From Antedon mediterranea (lineage: Eukaryota; Animalia; Echinodermata): a stretch of 64,000 nucleotides of DNA. Below the pieces are notes generated by a model. It had not been told where the DNA came from and ran no database searches. It worked only from the letters and a program-made list of their open reading frames with translations. The translations under genes and the position numbers were made by a program. Shown here piece by piece: positions 37,201-52,200 of the stretch (position 1 is its first letter; the number at the start of each line of letters is the position of its first letter). The stretch covers positions 10,399,432 through 10,463,431 of the forward strand of contig NC_092679.1 in the NCBI RefSeq assembly GCF_964355755.1. The letters run 5' to 3'.

Positions 37201-40200
37201 TAGTCGTATTCGGCCAACCTAGCTAGGCCTAAAAAACCGTGCTATTCTGTACTATGATCTCATCTATTTATTAGGCCGCTACCCGCGGAACTCGCGATAT
37301 GTGGGCGGCAACATTTTGATTGTTGATATGAATATTCATCAATTGCGTTCCGCGAGCATTCCGAATGAATATTTTTGTATCGCACGTTCCGCGGAAACGA
37401 GGTTCAATGAACTATGAAGGTAAAATCGCGGAACTCGCGGAAAATTAGTTTTTGGACGGCCCCTTACTTTTATTCAATAAATTATACCTGTAAGAACCTG
37501 ATTCGGGAGTTATCTCTCTCTCGAAGTGCCGTATCATGAGACTTTGGCGATCATATTGTGCCACAATTCTCTGTCTATTGCCATGTTCAGCAACTCCACT
37601 TCTTTGGTATTCTCACCCCTATTCCGAATCCAGCTATGCTGGCCAACCAAGTGACTCTTTTTCTTCCCCTGCTCCTTCTTCCTTCTATCTTTCTAGTTAT
37701 TGCCAAGTTCTCCAGACCTCCCTTCCTCAACACATGTAATATGAATTTCATCTGTCTAATCCTATTATCCTTCAGTAGTTTCCTGCACATTCCAGCTCTT
37801 ATCAACACATCTTCATTACTAACTCTATCTGTCCATGGAATTCTCAACATTCTCCTTAGAAACCACATCTCACAGCTTTCCAATCTTTTTCTGAGATCAG
37901 TTGTTATTGACCAGGCTTCACTTCCATACATCAGCACAGGATAGATGTAGCAGTTTAATACATGCAACCTGGTTTCCATACTCATCGCACAGTTCTTCAA
38001 GATATTCTCCATTTCTCTATTTCTCCAAATGCGAATTTCGCAAGGACTATCCTTCTCTTTATCTCCGTTACACACCTGGCATCATCTGTTATTTTGCTCC
38101 CAAGATAGTTAAAAGAGGACACCTGCTGAATTATCTGGTCTCCTGCTCTAAGGTTAAATGTTGGACTCTTCTTTTTTGACACTACTAAACACTCTGTCTT
38201 GCTACAATTTCAGACCCATCTTTTCACTCTCTACTACAACTACGTCCAGCAACCTTTTGAGATCTTCAGCTGAGTCTGCCAGTAGAACTGTGTCATCTGC
38301 ATATGTGATGTTTGTTATATTTCTACCACATACTTTCAAACCCTTCTCATTCTCTAGCTCTCTCAAGATCAACTCGCTATAGTAGTTAAACAAGTCTGGT
38401 GACATTACACACCCCTGTCTCACTCCTCTTCTAATACTTGTGTAGTCACTGCACTCCCCATCTACCCTCATGCATGCAGTCCGATTCCAGTACAAATTTT
38501 GCAACAATCAAAGATCCTTTCCATGTAGGTCAAGCTTGCTAAGTTCTTGAAATAGCTGCTCATGCCTTACTTTGTCAAATGCCTTAGTGTAGTCTATGAA
38601 ACACATGTATACATATTTCTGCATCTCCACTGCCCTTTCAGTTATCATTCTTATCACAAAGATGGCATTCCTGGTGCCTGAATCCTTTACAAAAGTAAAA
38701 CCAAACTGCTCACTCCCAATCTCTGGTTTTAAGTAGTATCCTCAGAATGATCTTGGTGACATGACTCATGAGGCTGATTGTACAATTTTCACACTCTACA
38801 GCACCTGGTTTCTTTGGAAGGGCAATAAAAATGGACTTACTCAAGTCCTCAGGGAAGCTTCCATCATTTCCGTTAACTTTCCCACTCCATACTCTTCTAA
38901 TGCCTCGATCATCTCAATGACTACACCATCTGGTCCTGCCGCCTTATTTTTTCTCAACATCTTGATTGCTGTTCGTACTTCTGCTTTCAAGATCTTAGGT
39001 CCTTCTTCTGAGTTAGGAAAGCTTGGCATTGCTTGTCTAACATCAAAAAACAGCTCCCCGGTATACTCATCTTTTCAAAATAGCACTCTTTTCAACAAGC
39101 ATCCATTCTTTGCCTTAATGCATCCAGAGTTTGAGCAGCCAGACTTCCTTCCAGTGATCTCATTAAGTCTCTGATAAATCTTGTGGTTGTTGTTCTCTAG
39201 TCCACTCTCAATCTCCTCACACTGGGTGTTGAGCCACTTTTCTTTTGCCTCACTACACTTCTGCTTAATTTCTCTATCTAGATCTTTATATTCTTTACTT
39301 GATCTACTACTAATCTTCTGTCTATCCCTCATCATTGATAGTATCTCTTCCGACACCCATTTGTTCTTCCTTCTTCTCTCTTTCTTGTTTAAGGATTCTT
39401 GGGCTGTCTGCTTATTTAAATCACCACAGAAGTTGCTAAATTGACGTGTAAATGGGGAATAGCCTGACTTGCCTACTGGGCTGAATTGCGCACAGGTGTG
39501 GATGACACATACCACAACTTTTTAGTGTGACTGGCAAGCATGGCCTGTAAACCCCAACGGCATCCTGCACCTGCAGAATTAGCGACTATGTTCTTGGTAC
39601 CATTTTGATGAATACTACCCCCATCTAATCCGGATTTACTCTATAAAGGGAGAACATGGGAAGACCAAGATCCTAAGTCCAGAAAGCAGAAGAAGCGTTA
39701 ATTGCCTGCTATAAAATTGTCTGCTATCATTTCTGGCGAATCCGGATCACCCAAAGAATCTTGATCGGGGTGTGATCTACTGCAACCAGCAAGCATTGTT
39801 TGTGCTGAGTTCAAGCTTGAACAAGGAATAAAAACCCTGAAATGATAAAATTTTGGAAAAATCTCTGAAAATTCCTATCCGGCCCCAGGTGATTTTGTTA
39901 TTCTTTTACACGACTGTTGACTCGTTGAAGTCAACAAACTTATTCTATGGCTTGTTCTCCCATGAAATTCGAATCTCACAGTCACGATTGTACTACAGAC
40001 GCCTCGTGCGAGAGTCACTGCTATCATGGCAGATGCGGAGTTCAGGCTCAGTATGCCGCACAAACCAGCTAAAGCACATGGATATTTCCATGGCCACAAA
40101 TAGTGGCCAGACAATCTGGTCTGTGGACTTCTTAAAGTCTACAGACTTATTTTATGACTTGTTCTTGCATTCAAAGCTAAAAATCTTATATTATATCTGG

Positions 40201-43200
40201 GAGTTGTAAGCTTGACAAACATAACAAGATGATACTCCTGAAAGCCCAACTAGACAACCAATCACAATTCGGTATCAAGTACACACCTTTCTGTGGAAGG
40301 CAGTACTAGCTAATATTCTTCAATAATGAGGCTCCGCCTACTTCCGCACTACAACAGCCTGGGGTTCAGTGACTTTTTAAAGTTATGTTGGCCAATCAAG
40401 GTATACCTTTGACATAGATTCATTAATCGATATAGATCATTAAGCCCTGTCTATTTATCACAACATGGTACACTGACTAAAAAAGGTGTTGCCGATTGTC
40501 CCGATTTCGAGGGCTGTGATGTTTTTAAAATAACTACATCAAATTTTAGATATTAGATTTTTTGTTTTTGGTATATACTATAATGGAAAATATCAAATCA
40601 ATTATTCACGTTTGTATTTCAGACTGCATACCCTTTGTTAGATTCACTTGATCCTCAGGGATACATCATGTATAGGCTTTTCAGAGATGCAACCAAATAT
40701 GCTAATGGAACACACATAAAGGTAAAAGTATAACTACATTTTTCTTAGAAAGGAGTGTTTTTTAAATGATTTCTCTAGGTCTATAGACCTAAAGCATCTT
40801 GAACCTTCTAACACCATCAATATTCCTTGGTCCTCCTCGTACTTGCAACATGTTCAGGGATCCTGTGAAATGCACATAAACATTCCATTATCAAATTTTG
40901 AAAATTTTGTTCATAAATAAAATGTTTTTATGTAAAATCGATTTTTTTGAATTTCCGAGTGGTCAATACTACAAAGACCTAGAAATCCAAATAAATGGTA
41001 TTCTGACTTACTATATAGGGGGAATAACGTTTACAAACACTTAATTATCTATGCGACTATATTCGGGTAATAAGTGTGTTTCTAGAAAACTAACTTTGAA
41101 AATTGATGTCAGATTTAAAACACTTTCTCCTCGATATTTCCTATTAGTAAATAAAATTATGTTTTAAAATTACAAATCACAAATTATAACTCTTGCCTCT
41201 TGTACAAAAATGAAGTATTTTGGACAAGTAGTTCTCGAAAATGCAATTTCAGTTTATTAAGACTGCTCGCCGGCTTTTGAAAAATTCTGTACTATCTTTT
41301 AACACTAGCAGGTCTGAAAAGTATACTCAAAAGTGGTCCAGAATTGGGACCATGGTCCCAAATAGTCCCAAAATGTAATGGAATGGTCCTTGACCACATA
41401 TCTCTGTATATTCATTTTGATAAAGATCTTGTAATTACTTTTTGAGTAATCCTGCTAACAAACAAACAAACAAACACACGCTACCGATTACATATACCTC
41501 CTTGGCGGAGGTAAATGATACACATGTTACTTATTGTGAGGGCGTGTGGCGCAGGGTGTTGGACGTACAACTACTGATCGTGAGATCGAGGTTCAAATCC
41601 AACTCTCGCCGCATTGCTTGTATCCTTAGGCAAGATATTTTACTTGCCTCTCTCCACCGATGTGTATAAAATGGGTACAGATCAAGACACAACTTTGCGC
41701 TGATTACTAGCTGCATTCTGGGAGTATGTTTCCTTGCGTGTTTGATCCAAAAAAATGACTGGGGTAATAATATTCAGGGCATTCACTAGGTTCGTTTGCA
41801 CTTGAACCATTTGAGCAGTGCCCACAGCACACCCCATATGCAGAAACAACGACAATCCTGCCTTAATACAGCTGCATTTCAGTCCTTTGCCTATCGCCTT
41901 CTTTGCAGTTGCAGCATATTCCTTTTAGAAGAGCATCTGGTGCGATACTCCATGTAATTGTTTCCACCTTAGATTTCCGTTACTATCCAGATCCCATCCT
42001 CTTCCAATAGGCTCAAGAAGGGATTTGTTCAGATGTTTCCAGAATACAACTTGTAGATGAACCCGAAAAGAGTGCTGTGTAGCTGCATTTTCTGTTGGTG
42101 GTCCAACCATACTTAAACAGAAACTCTTCCTTGTCACCTATAACTATTTAGATATATCATAGAGGCCATCAGCCGTCATCTTCTGCTTGATGCACACAGA
42201 TATTGTGATGCATGCTCAGTAGTTATCATCTTTGTTTGGGAGATTTGTTACCTATTTCCTACTTTTGTAATTAAAAACATTTTAATGATAAAATATAAAT
42301 AAGTTAAGTTATAAAATTAAGTATTGTAATATAAAATGGACTTTAAAATCAACGCAAAATGTGCACTCCCTGTACTCGAAATTAGATGATGCGCTTGGAC
42401 ACAAACTTTTATATCTAATATTTTGTGGAAACACGACTTTGGAATCATTTTGTGTGTGTGTATGCTTTTTTGTTTTTTTTCCTTTTTCATTTACATTTTT
42501 TTAAATTTTAATGGTTATTTATATTGCGCAATTTTTTGACCGTGATTTACAAAATACATTCTGTTCCCAGGATAGGTGTAATTAAAAATGACGCGATCAG
42601 TCGATACTAAACACCGTTTTAATTTGGCAGCTCGGCATGGTGTTTGTAGATCAGGCCATTGCGGTACACAACGGAGAAGGTTGCATAGTTGATACATGAT
42701 GTAACAACTCGCAAAACATGGTCAAATTATTGCTATTTTTGGACCTTTTTAGTGTTTATCCTTTAAATTCAGGAAAGTGACATAGCCTATCATGTGCGGC
42801 CCCTGAATAAACATCAGTGTGCAAAATGTGAGCACGTACCGTTCAGTGGTTTTGGAGGAGATACGTAAAATATGAAAAAATTTAGTAGCATTAATTTATA
42901 GATAATTGGGAGAGGGTGAGGATGATAAGTCAGTCACTGTAAGCCCACCTTGATGATCTTGGAATATCATCTGATAAACCAGTTATTGATCGACAGCATT
43001 GATATCTGTTCACAATTCTTTACGTTAAATCAGTAATAAATATGTACGTGTGCGACATTTCAACTTGTCAACAAATATTATTTGGTAATGACTAGATGTT
43101 GTTGCTAGGAGTAACTGTGCTAGTGGTAGAGCAGCGCCCCTATTAGAAACTTGGTCTGTGATTTTCAGGTGAAATGAGTGAACATTGCTATATTTATTCT

Positions 43201-46200
43201 ATTGTAGGATCTTTCATGTTTGAACAGAGATCTGTCCAAAGTCATAATGATTGATTGCAATGTAAATGCATTTCAAATACAACCACGTAATGGTGTTGCT
43301 CTCAAGAAATGGGATGGAGATGACAGTGACCGTACCCTCTTTGACCTAGCTGTGTTTCTAAGAAGTAAGAATCATTCTTTTATTTTACATACAATCACAA
43401 TATCATCAATATCTATTTCATACTTAATAATACTTTTTGGTTTGTCTGAACTTTATTTAAATTTCGTCACATTATACATTATTTTGACTTGACTACTCTT
43501 TGCCTGACAGTCTCATCATCTGCCACTCTCGTTTTCAAATGTCTAAACAATTTGACACACATAGGCATGCATAACAAACCTATTCACGCCACTTTCAAAA
43601 ACTAGTGAAACAAGACGGTCCACTGTTATGAAACTTAAGGTCCCTTTTGCACAAAAAAAAGAGTTATCTCACAAGTTTTTGTGTTGGTAGAAAAAATATG
43701 GAACAATTTGCCCGTTGATTTGAGAACTGAGACTTCTGTAAGGGTCTTAAAATCAAAATTGTTTGATGTATTTTTTTATTAACTAAGTCTCTGCTGAGTT
43801 TTTAATGTATAATGTATACCCTGGTTAATAAAATGTAATAATAATAATAATAATCTGCATCCTGACCATTTTTCAAGTTAAACTCTATGGATTTAAGATA
43901 CCATGCACCTTCAAAAAATGTAAAAAACACATCTAAAACAATTACTGCTGAACCGGAAATGCATGTATGTAAAATACATATAAACATACAGGCTTCATCT
44001 ACTAGGCCAGGCCTAGGCCTATAGAGGCCTAGTTTCTTCGTTGAAATTACATTGGTGAAGATGAATTGATCTACTACTATTCTTCAGAAAACAAGACGCA
44101 AACATTAGTAGTAAAGCAATAATACAATTGTTTTGATACATATTAAAAATACCGTTATTTTATGCTTTTTTTGATAAAGTTCGATAGGCCTAGTGTAAAT
44201 GACAACGGTTAATAATATTAACGTTTTAAGACAGTTGGTAGCGCACATGAGCGGATATGACGTAAATGTATCGAAATCGTATCATCGAGCACTCTTCCGC
44301 AAGAGCAAGTGTAAACACTCTTCCGCAAGAGCAAGTGTAAACACAATAGTAGGGGCCCGAGGCCGGCTTTTTGGGTAAGTGTGAACACATTGCGGGCTAA
44401 AAAGAAAGCTGACTTTGCTTCGTGCCGGCTAATAAATCGTCGAAGTATAAATAGGGTCATTGACACATAGACATGTGATCATGTTGGGTGCACTTTATGG
44501 TTGGCGAATCGATGCTGATTGGTGTTTTTAATCTCATATACGCAGCAGAAAGCATGAAATATAGGAGACATTGTTATGTTAAAGAAAATTGTGAATAAGG
44601 TACAGTTACAACAAATAAAATAGGGATAACATGTCGTATTGATTATATTGATTTTACGTTCCCTGAATTTTACGTCGATGACGTCATCATTTTCTTACAT
44701 TGAGGGCGCAAATTTAAAATCAAAGCACAAAGACAACTTAGCCATGGCTGTGTACTCTGCTGTGTGTGAGACAAGCTACACATGTGCATTCCCCCTACAG
44801 CAGCGACTGTTTTTATTGATAGAAAATACAAGAACATTGATACTTTATTTAAACATCAAACAGCCTGTATATACTGTAATTTTCTAGTTAGGCATCGCAT
44901 CCTGCTAGGCCTGCTAGCCTGGTCTAGATTATTCTAGGCAAGGCCTAGCTAGTGATCACCTGCATGCTGTACAGTAAAGTAGGCAAACATATATGGGGGT
45001 CAATTTAAGGTCAACCATGATTTTACGAATCCCATGTTTTACGTTTTCCTTTTGGACCCGTACTGTACGTAAAATGAAGGTTCTACTGTATTTACAATTT
45101 CGTCAGAAGTTATTTTTCAAACATTATAATCCATTAGAGTGAATATAAGTATGACCTGTTATTATAAACAATGTGCGCCTATTTTCAACTCTCTACGCCA
45201 AGAAAGCGGGTCAAATGCTAATACACGAAGAAAATGCATGTTCCGTTCACTTTTGGAAAAAAATGTTTCACTATGACAAGTATAAACATATATATTGCAA
45301 ACAATTAGACACCAAAATTGGCTCCCTATGACAAATATTTTTTAAATATGGAATAAACTTCTGATTAAATTATGTCAAAGGTCAATAACCACACTTCCGG
45401 TCATTTTCAAGCAATATTATCTGTTAAACTGAATATAAATGTATATCTTGGGAACAATTTACTCCTAGTTTTAATTCTCTCCGACCTGCCGTTACTTAGA
45501 TATAGCGAAAAGAGGTCAAAGGCCAAAATTGCTAAAAATGTGGTTTCCGGTCAATTTTACCAAAAAAAATTCTGTAAGAGCTAATATAAACATATACATT
45601 GTGAACAATTTTACACCAAAATTTGCTCACTACGTCCAGTATTTCCAGAGATAAAAGCATGTTTTATGAAAATATCGGCCATTTTGTTTATGCTAATTAT
45701 GCAAAGTGCTGACAGCTGTCCAGTAAAAAAATTCTTCATCCTGATGGTATCGAGAATCAAAATCCATAAAAAAAAACTATAGAAAAGAGAGCGAGCAAAC
45801 CCACTAGTTATTAAGAGAGCCAGTCACTAAAAATCAAACATTAGGTGGCAAGGGTCAAAATTTCGAATTGGCTCATATTTTTCACATTGGTAGACCTTGA
45901 TGTAAGTAAACCTGATGTGTAGATTGTTTGGTAAAATATCGCTTAGTTTTCGAGAAAATCGAAAAATAACGATTTTCGGCCAATTTTGTTAATTTTTTGT
46001 GTATAATTTACATTAATTTTAACAGCCTCTGGAAGCCAAACGTAGCAACCTAGCGTTTTAATATTTTACACTTACGTTAACTAGCATGACAATAATTTGG
46101 TAAAGTTTCAAAAAATTTTATGAAATTTTAAGATTTTGACTAATTAATTACTAATTAGCATATATAAAACTCTTAAAAAGTAGGGTAAAAACAAACGCGT

Positions 46201-49200
46201 TTTTTTTCATGTGCGACGAATTTTTTTAAAATAAAAAAGTCATCAATCTAAAGTTTAGATACTAATATTTATGAATCAAGTAAAAAAAAATTGGGGAAAC
46301 TATTTTCCGCTCCGCGCCAGAGCCACAAAGTTGTAAGAAATTCAAAGATTTTATCTGTCGGCAAGATCAATCAGATGTACCTATTGTTCTCTATTTAGCA
46401 ATCCAAGTGGCTTTAAGCCAAACTTTTATTACGAGAAACAAACTTGAAAGATAAATTTTGAATTAAGTTGTAATTTAAACACAAACTAAAAATACGTTTC
46501 TGGTAAAATTACTAATCAATATATGAAATTAAGCAATTAACTAAAAATCACTCGCTTATTCTTTGTCAAACCACATTATTATAAATTATTCCATCCTCTC
46601 ATAGTTTATAGGATAAAACTGAAAAACAAATTTCTTTTAACTTGTTATCGTTTTCCTGTTTGTCGAACCTGGTCGAACTTACTCAACGAGAATGTTTCAA
46701 AACATTAACCACAGTAGACAAAACACTTTACTGCGTATATTCGATAGATAACGATATCTTCATTGACGTTGACAACGGAACTGATTTGTTATCCATTTTA
46801 GTTTATGTCTTACAATGTAAAGACGTGTTGAAAATAATTCTTATATATAAAAAAACAAACAAAATGGAGATTTCATGTTCTTTTAAATCGGTTGTCGGCG
46901 GAGCTTGTGGATTCGATAGAAAAGACCGCAAACAGAGCATCACTGAAGTCCTACCTTTACAAGCATGCCAGAAGGAAATCGCTGCACACAGATACATGTT
47001 TAGGTTTACGGGCATCGATAGTGAGTGGTACTATTTGTGCAGCAGGAAAATGGAAAGGCGTGAGTCACATCAACAACATAGAGTATGGAAGCAGGTCCAT
47101 GAAGGTGTGGATGGCGTGTATGGTATTGGTGCAGTACAAAATCTACTTTTGAGTAAATACTGTGTGCCCTTGAAGCTACCCAATTGAATTCATAACCAAG
47201 ATACAACGTCTGATCAAAATAAATCAAGTATCATTTATTGCAGTAAAAGCAAGAATATAAGCCAAGACATCTCATGAAGAACAAGCTGATATAAATGACG
47301 ACGACCAAATAGAAAGTGAAGAAAGTCCTGGTACCCCCAGCAAACTGTTCTTTTGTCGCGAACAAGGTTGCATTAGGTCATATCAGAGGTACTCTTCCCT
47401 AGAGAAACACTTAGATTATGAAAATCACAAGAACGCACTAGAACATGAAACACTTTATGACAGGGCAATGAAATTATACGCAACACAACTAGGAGAGAGG
47501 GTACTTCTAAAAATCCAGAACCAACAAGAACCAACGATTTGCCACGGTTTGACATTGGCCCCAAACTGCAAATGGGCTGGGCGTTAAAGTCCTCTGCAAA
47601 AAACCGACCCGATTTTCTGTACCACAGAAAACCTACCTTATTGATGTTTCTGACGCTGGAGAGCAGATGGGACAGAAAGCTGATCCATGTGATGTCTCAC
47701 GAGAGATGAGATCGGCCAGGCACAGCGATGGTTCACATCTAGACTGAATTTTTAACAGCACAGCAAGTTTTTCTCACACTTGGCTAAAAAAAGGAGGACA
47801 GATGCAGTCGTTCATGATGATGATGATGACGAAGATGATGATTACGATAGTAATGAAGATGGTGACAAAGTCGAAGAAAATGGAGATGATTCAAAAACGG
47901 AAAAGGAAAGAGAAATTCAACTTTTGTCGCAAACCGTAGTACTGGACACAATAGGCTTGCAGCATCCAATAATGTTTGAAATGCATAATATTTGTGAACT
48001 GAAAGCTCAAGAAAAACTCTCCAGATTCTCTTTGCCAATGTTGCAAGAAATGTGTAGTTCTCTTGAACTTGATACCACAGATATAACCATAAAGCGCAAG
48101 AAGCCATACATTGATTTGCTGGGAAAGCTGGTTTCCGTGTGCAGTTGCTCGATTGATTAAGGTAGCAATGAATTCTTTAAAATAACAATTTAATATGTGG
48201 GACGATTCTGTTGTCTAAATTGTTAGTATTTAAAGTCGCGTTCTGTAATTTTTTTAATAAAGCGAAGGGATGAAACAATGGTTTACAAGTTTACAAACAA
48301 TAATTTATTGTTTAGGCTACGAATTATTAGGAAATTTCGCACGAGCACATGAACGTTATCGGATGTGTCACCATTCTACTCATTTGCATAACAACAGAGT
48401 TCAGTGAACATTTGCATTAACGTACTTGCTCGTTTTGAATTCCCGCTTCGACGGGAAGTGTAGAACGCAAAGCATGTGTAGCGCACGCAATATACGCCAC
48501 ACGTATTAAAACAAATCATGGAATACCTTGGGTTTATAGAGACTAAGCCTAGCCAGGCATGTTTAATCATGTTTTGGTTAACATTTTCATTTACGCTATT
48601 TTTCAGAAATAAGGTTCTCGACGCACGTAACTAAAGTTTTTCGTAATGCTTGCGCACGCACAGCAAGTTGTTTACAAAGTGGGCGGAGCTTGGAAAATAG
48701 CGTTAACGTGATCGTGCGAATACTCTCTATATGAGAAGATAAGAACATTATGTTATATAGCCTGTTTTCCACTAGGCGAAATTATTCGCGCAAATCAAAC
48801 ATTTTCGCGTATACGCACACGTCAAATGGAACACTTTGTTGATAAAAATAAACTGCGCATGCGCGCGTATAGTGCAAAAAATAATAATATTATTATTATT
48901 ATATTATAATAATAATAAGAATAAATTCACCTAGTGGAAAACATAACAGGTGATGAAGCTAAGCGCGTTATAATGTTGAGCTTAGATAGTAATTGCTTAA
49001 TTTCATGGGTTAGTCGTTTAAATTTGACTAGAAATTTATTTTTAGATGTTTTTATATTAAAACGTAATTCCAAATTATTCAGGACCTTTCAGTTTACCTT
49101 TAAAGTTTGTTTCTCGTAGTAAAATTTACCTTAAATCTGTAAATAGAGAACAATAGGTACATCTGATTGATCTTGCCGACAGATGAAATCTTAGAATTTC

Positions 49201-52200
49201 TTACAACTTTGTGGCTCTGGCGCGGAGCGGAAAATAGTTTCCCCAAATTTTTTTTACTTGATTCATAAATATTAGTATCTAAACAGTAGATTGACTATTT
49301 TTTTATTAAAAAAAAATTCGTCGCACATGAAAAAAAAAGCGTTTGTTTTTACTCTACTTTTTAAGAGTTTTATATATGCTAATTAGTAATTAATTAGTCA
49401 AAATCTTAAAATTACATCAAATTTTTTGAAACTTTACTAAATTATTGTCAAGATGCTAGTTAACGTAAGTGTAAAATATTAAAACGCTAGGTTGCTACAT
49501 TTGGCTTCCAGAGGCTGTTAAACTTAATGTAAATTATACACCAAAAATTAACAAAATTGGCCGAAAATCGTTATTTTTCGATTTTCTCGAAAACTAAGCG
49601 ATATTTTACCAAACAAACTACACATCAGGTTTACTTACATCAAGGTCTACCAATGTGCAAAATATGAGCCAATTCGAAATTTTGACCCTTGCCACTAAAT
49701 TACGAATATGTCTGATTTTTGGTGACAAGCACTCTTAAATAAAAGAAAAAAAGGGTTTTTTTTGTATAAGTAGTTTAATTTCTTTTGTAACCAAGGACTT
49801 TTTGGGTTTCCGGATTTCCTTGGACCTGATGGGATGCTATATCTTACTGCACTGTCCAACACATCTAAGAATTCATTTCAAGAATCGTTAATGTCACTGG
49901 TATTTAAGAAAACTGACCATGGAACCAAATGTAGTAAATTGTTTAGGTAAACCAAAATCACCGTTTGCATATTTTAGAAAGGATCTAGTGGGGTGTCACG
50001 AAAGCTCAGACCACGAAAGCTCAGACCCCCTAAGACCTAAGATTACAAATACTAAGATATACTACAGCTTAAAAACAATACTTGTTTATCCATACATAAT
50101 TTTAAACACAGTAGGTTTCATTTATTACCATAAATATAATTTAATACTACCGCAAAACATAGATAAACTCACATTATTTTCGCCCGTTGAGTAAATGTAT
50201 ATTTTTTCTTTACAACAAACAAACTTGACGGGTTGTTTGTTGGTATATATTTACTCCATTGTGTTGCTTCAGAGGATGTTTTTCTTACGCACCTGCCTTT
50301 CTTGTATTTTGACTCCAAATTTGTTGACTAACTTTATCCTGAACACCACACTTTAAAATTAGGACTTATAAGTACTTTCAGAAGGAGAAACACATAATAA
50401 CAAATAAATAAATCCTTTAAATTGATGATTTTACAGATGTGTTTCTTTGTATACTGTAATGTAACTCCTCGAGCTCCCCATGCTCAATGTTTTTGTTTCT
50501 ATGGAGCGCCAAAAGAGCAACAATAATAGTACAAGTATAAAAACAGAAAGAAAACGAAACAAAAACACTTATCATGATTTTTAAATTAAAATTTATTTGC
50601 CAGTATTTATTTCTTCGTACTTGCATGATTATACTATTATCATTACAATTTTAATTTTACATTGTTCCATCCACACTGTAGATGGACTCCACAGAGTTTT
50701 CAGCCCTCTTTATAATTTTTGCTCTTTTGACGTTCCATAGAAACAAAAACATTGAACATGGCCCATGGGGGTAGGCCTACTGTACTGTAGGCTAGTCATT
50801 TTGTGTGCGAGAAAAACGTCTGTAAAATCATCAATTTAAAAATGTATTTGTTACTTTTTATGTGATTCTTTTTCATGAAAGTGCCAATTCTAAGGTGTGG
50901 TATTCAGAATAAATGTTGGGAGTTAAAATACAAGGCAGGTGCGAAAGATAAATATTTGTAATCTTAGGTGTTGGGTCTTAGCTTTCGTGATCTTAGGTCT
51001 TAGGGGGTCTGAGCTTTCGTGGTCTGAGCTTTCGTGACACCCGGATCTAGTGTGATGATCACTTTCAACTGGATTTTCGCAATTTAGAATTTAAAAAAAA
51101 TTAGGTCAACTAGAGGTTGAGCTCGCGTCACTCTCTCCCCCTCTACGAAGTGTAGACAATGGTTCTAGGAATGATAATGACTCTGCTAAAAGGGTTTTAT
51201 TAGAAGGATTCTGGCCTGGATGTTTGCGGTCGGTTACCATTATTGAAATCATTCCTAAAACTAATCCTACTACTAACCTGTGCCTTAGATGATTAAGAAC
51301 ATTTTTAGGTAAAGTGTTTATTGTTTTGTAGGGTCCTTATAGGGTGGAAGTAGGGAGGCGGAGTTAATTTGAGAAAAGTGCTTATTAGAGGGATATGTTT
51401 AATTTTTTAGTTTTAATAATATTGTAACATTTATAATCAAATAAAATCCTCTAGTAGATAATGAAAAGTGATAATATACAAATAATGAATGTTTATGAGT
51501 GTAATGGTACAAATAATGGCACAAGGTGAATGATGAAAGGTTATATTTCAACGAGGCGATGAGCCGAGTTGAAATATAACCTTTCATCATTCACCAAGTG
51601 CCATTATTTGTACCATTACACGAATACAAAACATTCATTATTTGTTTTATATAACATCTAAATAAATTCTTGTCATTTGAATCAAATAAAATGTAGCCCT
51701 AGCCAAAGCCTACTACATTTCATTCACATTGATTAAAAACAGTAACATTTGGTTTTTAATAATTTTATATTAAATGTTATATTTATATGGATTTCGTAAA
51801 CACACCTACTTTTGTGTTAATTATGTCAACAAACGACCAAACAATCCTAGGCCTAGCAAGGCTAAAACGCCTAGGCTAGGCCTAGCCTAATACTAGCATG
51901 GCCTAGGCTAGACCTAGTAGCCTAGTACTAGCTTGGCTGAAAGGCAAAACTTCGACAGACAATTGGAACTTATCTAAGCTAATTATGGTTTTTCCAATAA
52001 TTCCATGTCTTGTAGGGATGTCCCCATTAATTAATCAAAATCCTAAAAACGATCTAAAGCTAATTTAAATGCCTTTTTGAATGAAATTAGTACATAATGT
52101 CCAAATCATACACAAATATCTGCTGCTGTTGCGTATCTCGCTGTGGTGTTTACAAATGAAACTGAGACCAGACGACGGGTGGCGCTGTTGTATTTCACAG

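Noticed and set aside
39420-40360. ORFs 39853-40209 and 39875-40114
   Set aside because: No recognisable motifs; probably a decayed retroelement segment, not classifiable by eye.
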